Below are positions 17,075 through 20,292 of a DNA stretch of 20,292 nt, in pieces (the stretch's first letter is position 1; every line of letters begins with the position of its first letter). Made by a program: the position numbers and the translations under genes. This stretch comes from Candidatus Krumholzibacteriota bacterium. Its GTDB lineage: Bacteria; Krumholzibacteriota; Krumholzibacteriia; LZORAL124-64-63. Location: assembly GCA_039714075.1 (NCBI GenBank), contig JBDLKA010000064.1, positions 1 through 20,292 of the forward strand, written 5' to 3'. The notes under the pieces are model-generated. The model saw only the letters and a list, made by a program, of their open reading frames with translations, was not told the origin of the DNA and did no database searches.

Positions 17075-17989
17075 GTGGAACTGTTGCCCCGCATCGGGTG
17101 GACCCTGCTGAGCCTGTTCGTGGCCGTCAACTACGGGTTCGTCATCAACGGCATCATCCGCAAGGTCATGGCCCGCATCCAGGGCCGCTTCGGACCGCCG
17201 GTGTGGCAGCCGTACATCGACATGGGCAAGCTGCTTTTCCAGCGGAACTCGGTCATGCACGGGCTGATGTTCTGGCTGGGCCCCGTGTTCCGTTCGGTGG
17301 GCGGCATCGGCCTGTACCTGCTGGTGCCGGTGGTCATCGGCGATCCGCGACTGGCCGGATTCTCCGCCAACGGCGACATGCTGCTGGCCCTGTACTTCAT
17401 GGCCTTCGGTTCCCTGGGCATGGCCCTGGGCGCCGGCGAGGGCGGGCATCCCCACAGCCCCATCGGCATCAGCCGCGGGCTGAGCCAGATGACCGCCTAC
17501 GAGTTGCCGTTCATCCTGGCGGTGATCGCGGTCGTCACCCAGGCCGGATCCTTCGATATCAACGCCATCATCGCCAGCCAGCAGTCGGGCGTGCTGGGGT
17601 GGAACCTGTTCGCCAATCCCCTGGCGACCGTCGCGGCGTTCCTGGCCATGCTGGGCATGAACATGTACCCGCCCTTCAACATCGTGGGCGCGCCCACGGA
17701 AATTCCCGTCGGCCCGGCCACGGAATACCACAACACCTATCTGTCGTTCATGATGATCGGCCGCAGCGCCTTCGCCATCGCCAAGATGGTCCTGTACATG
17801 GACCTCTTCCTCGGCGGGGCGCACAGCGTGCTCGAGGCCGTCGTCAAGGTTTTCGTCATCTACTTCTGGTCCGTGTTCGTCGGAGCGGTCTTTCCCCGCT
17901 TCCGCACCGAACAGTCGGTCCGGTTCTTCCTGCGCTGGCCCACCGCCTTCGGCGTGGCCGGCCTGGCCCTGACCTTCTGGGTCAGGTAA
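17075..17989 (+). CDS. nuoH: Complex I subunit 1 family (NuoH/HyfC; MbxM-like)
   Basis: RKVMARIQGRFGPPVWQPYIDMGKLL, PFNIVGAPTEIPVGPATEY, FPRFRTEQ. Confidence 0.9.
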   Translation: MELLPRIGWTLLSLFVAVNYGFVINGIIRKVMARIQGRFGPPVWQPYIDMGKLLFQRNSVMHGLMFWLGPVFRSVGGIGLYLLVPVVIGDPRLAGFSANGDMLLALYFMAFGSLGMALGAGEGGHPHSPIGISRGLSQMTAYELPFILAVIAVVTQAGSFDINAIIASQQSGVLGWNLFANPLATVAAFLAMLGMNMYPPFNIVGAPTEIPVGPATEYHNTYLSFMMIGRSAFAIAKMVLYMDLFLGGAHSVLEAVVKVFVIYFWSVFVGAVFPRFRTEQSVRFFLRWPTAFGVAGLALTFWVR

Positions 17990-17998
17990 AGGAGCGTC

Positions 17999-18682
17999 AT
18001 GAAACGGTTCGATCCCGACAAACCCTGGGACCTGACCACCCTTCCGACCACGGCAGGTCCCGACGGTTCGGTGCCCCACGCCCCGGTCGTCAAAAAGGCC
18101 GACGGACAGGACCAGTGTTTCCTGGGCGCGGGCGAGGTGCCTGCCGCCCCCAAGCTTCAGGAAGCGGTCGCCACCATCAAGAACTGGTTCCGCGCGAACA
18201 GCCTGAACGTGCTGGCCTTCGGCACGGGTTGCGGCGCCATCGAATTGCGGCCCCTGATGACCAGCCGCTTCGACATGTCCCGCTTCGGCATCACGGGCGC
18301 GCCCACGCCCCGGATGAGCAACGTGTTCATCATCTCGGGCTACCTGTCCACCAAGACGCTCAAGCGGGTCATCCGCAGCTACGAGCAGATGCCCAACCCC
18401 AAGTGGGTGGTGGCCCTGGGTTCGTGCACCATCAACGGGGGCATGTACTGGGACTCGTACAACACCATCAAGGTTCTGGATCTCTACATGCCGGTGGATG
18501 TCTACATCTCCGGCTGCATGCCGCGGCCCGAGGCGCTGATCGCCGGGTTCCAGTACCTGATGACCGAGATCAAGGCCGGCGACGCCAACGGCTGGCACCA
18601 TTATCTGGAGAACCTCGACTGGTACCGGGAAAACCAGAAGCAGGTCATCAAGGACTGGGATCTTCCCGACTACAGCTGGTAG
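17999..18682 (+). CDS. nuoB: NuoB-family Fe-S subunit of MbxJ/MbsJ type
   Basis: AFGTGCGAIELRPLMTSRFD, KTLKRVIRSYEQMPNPKWV, GSCTINGGMYWDSY, PVDVYISGCMPRPEA, GWHHYLENLDWYRENQ; lacks the CC pair of complex I NuoB. Confidence 0.9.
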   Translation: MKRFDPDKPWDLTTLPTTAGPDGSVPHAPVVKKADGQDQCFLGAGEVPAAPKLQEAVATIKNWFRANSLNVLAFGTGCGAIELRPLMTSRFDMSRFGITGAPTPRMSNVFIISGYLSTKTLKRVIRSYEQMPNPKWVVALGSCTINGGMYWDSYNTIKVLDLYMPVDVYISGCMPRPEALIAGFQYLMTEIKAGDANGWHHYLENLDWYRENQKQVIKDWDLPDYSW

Positions 18683-18688
18683 GTTGTG

Positions 18689-19279
18689 ATGTTCGAGATC
18701 AATGAAAAATCCAATCCCGCGGACCCCACCCCGTCCGACCACGGCCAGGACATCCTGGCCCGGTTGCAGGCGCGGTTCGGAACCCTGGAATCCCACCGGC
18801 AGAAGCAGGATCTGTTGCGGATCGAGGTCGACCGGGACCGGTTGCTGCCCGTGCTCAGCTGGCTCAAGGGCGACACCCCCTTCGTGCAGCTGACCCACCT
18901 GACGGCGGTGGACTGGATCGAGGAAGACCGGTTCGAGCTGATCTACCTCGTGACCGCCCCCACCTTGAATCTGACGTTGATGATCGCCACGTACATCGAC
19001 CGGCAGACCGCGACGGCCGAATCGGTCTTCAACCTGTGGTTGCAGGCCGAGACCTACGAGCAGGAAATCAACGAGATGTTCGGCATCGATTTTCCCGGCA
19101 GCCCGCGGCAGGGCGTGCCCTTCATCCTCGAAGGCTGGGACGACATGCCCCCCATGCGCCGCGATTTCGACACCGTCGAGTATTGCGAACGAACCCACCC
19201 CGAACGGCCCGGACGCGAGCACACCGATCCCCGCACCTACGTGGGCAAAAAATTCGGGGAAAAGGGGTACCTCTCATGA
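18689..19279 (+). CDS. nuoC: NuoC-family subunit (MbxK-like)
   Basis: LTAVDWIEEDRFELIY, AETYEQEINEMFGIDFPGSP, LEGWDDMPPMRRDFDT; GTG 18686 is an alternative start. Confidence 0.9.
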   Translation: MFEINEKSNPADPTPSDHGQDILARLQARFGTLESHRQKQDLLRIEVDRDRLLPVLSWLKGDTPFVQLTHLTAVDWIEEDRFELIYLVTAPTLNLTLMIATYIDRQTATAESVFNLWLQAETYEQEINEMFGIDFPGSPRQGVPFILEGWDDMPPMRRDFDTVEYCERTHPERPGREHTDPRTYVGKKFGEKGYLS

Positions 19280-20292
19280 GCCGCAACGAACATTTGAAAT
19301 CCCTGGGCTACGACGTCATCCCCAACGCCGGCACCGAAGTGGATCCCCGCGAGGTGCAGCTCTGGTTCGGCCCCCAGCACCCGGGCATCACCGGCAACAT
19401 GTCGGTGCAGGTCTGGCTGGAAGGCGACACCATCAAGCGGGGCATCACGCACGTCGGCTACCTGCACCGGGGTTTCGAAAAACTCATGGAGCGGCGTAAG
19501 TTCATCCAGAGTTTCCCGGTCGTCTGCCGGATCTGCGTGGCCGAGCCCGACACCAACGAATACCTGCTCGCCCAGAGCCTCGAAGAACTTTCCGGCATGG
19601 ACAAGGACGTGCCGGAAAAAGCCCAGTGGATCCGCACCCTGGTCATGGAAATGTCCCGGCTGCAGGCGGCTCTCATGGTTCTCGGCGGCTCCGTCGGCAC
19701 CATGGGCATGGGAACGGCCCCCAACTGGACCTACACCCTGAGGGACTTCCTGCTTGACAGCTTCGAAGAACTCACCGGGGGCCGTGTCTATCACATGTAC
19801 ATCACCTACGGTGGCGTAAGGCGCGATTTACCCAAGGGTTTCGCGCTTCGCCTCGAGGAGACCCTCAAGAAGATCGACGAGCGCCTGCCCTTCCTGGACG
19901 ACCTGATCTTCCACAGCGAGGTCTTCCGCAAGCGCTCCATCGGCGTGGGCGTGGTCCCCGTCGAATGGGCCGATGAGATCGGCATCACCGGTCCCCCGCT
20001 GCGGGCCATGGGCATCGCCCGGGACGTTAGGCGTGACTACCCGTACCTGAAGTATCCCGAGCTGGATTTCGATATCTGCACGGGCGAAGGCAGCGACATC
20101 TACGCGCGGGCCTGGGTCCGGCGCCAGGAGATCGCCCAAAGCGTCCGGATCATCCGGCAGATCCTCCAGAAGATGCCCCACGAGGGCGCCTACTCGGCCA
20201 AGCTGCCCAACATGCTGACCTGGACCATCCCGCGGGGCAGCACCTACGTCCGCGCCGAGGCCAGCCGCGGCGAGATGGGCTACCTGATGGTC
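19276..20292 (+). CDS. nuoD: NuoD-family large subunit of MbxL/MbsL type (3'-truncated by the window; missing from the ORF track)
   Basis: ATGA overlap with nuoC; my translation MSRNEHLKSLG...WFGPQHPGITGN...HVGYLHRGFEKLME...VVCRICVAEPDTNEY...FEELTGGRVYHMYITYGGVRRDLP...GITGPPLRAMG...YVRAEASRGEMGY; open to the window end. Confidence 0.92.
   Translation, partial: MSRNEHLKSLGYDVIPNAGTEVDPREVQLWFGPQHPGITGNMSVQVWLEGDTIKRGITHVGYLHRGFEKLMERRKFIQSFPVVCRICVAEPDTNEYLLAQSLEELSGMDKDVPEKAQWIRTLVMEMSRLQAALMVLGGSVGTMGMGTAPNWTYTLRDFLLDSFEELTGGRVYHMYITYGGVRRDLPKGFALRLEETLKKIDERLPFLDDLIFHSEVFRKRSIGVGVVPVEWADEIGITGPPLRAMGIARDVRRDYPYLKYPELDFDICTGEGSDIYARAWVRRQEIAQSVRIIRQILQKMPHEGAYSAKLPNMLTWTIPRGSTYVRAEASRGEMGYLMV

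Noticed and set aside
249..19794. Long antisense or alternate-frame ORFs in the track (for example 249..1931-, 9014..10636+, 15574..17130-, 17015..19222-, 17098..18705+)
   Set aside because: Shadow ORFs from high-GC codon bias; they overlap well-supported genes and show no recognisable motifs
17999..20292. Group 4 [NiFe]-hydrogenase (Mbh/Hyf/Ech) or canonical NADH:quinone oxidoreductase
   Set aside because: The large subunit lacks RxCxxC (it has RICVAE) and RxDY; the small subunit lacks CxxC and CC; there is no nuoA/nuoJ

Overview
GC-rich bacterial window (standard code 11; TGA ends many genes) with three blocks. (1) 234-6546, + strand: a DmsE/MtrA-type decaheme cytochrome and an MtrB/PioB-type outer-membrane barrel, then a separate TetR-led operon with a multiheme cytochrome c lipoprotein and a tandem-rhodanese lipoprotein. 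The ORF track splits the multiheme cytochrome at an in-frame TGA (4150-4152, context GG-*-GG). A bacterial SECIS-like hairpin follows this TGA, so the gene is best read as one 488-aa multiheme selenoprotein (Sec74; 10 CXXCH plus 2 CX4CH). (2) 6616-11163: patB/malY C-S lyase, a TIGR00725-like protein, a DUF4230-like protein and dinB on the - strand, with a divergent MOSC-domain gene. (3) 11445 to the window end: an Mrp-antiporter plus NuoH/B/C/D operon with the signatures of the Mbx/MBS (membrane-bound sulfane reductase) clade, not a [NiFe]-hydrogenase or canonical complex I. Inference: the window may encode a selenium-dependent, cell-envelope-spanning system for respiring sulfur/polysulfide (or selenium species). 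No mobile elements, CRISPR arrays or RNA genes were recognised. Family names come from motif recognition only; no searches were run.
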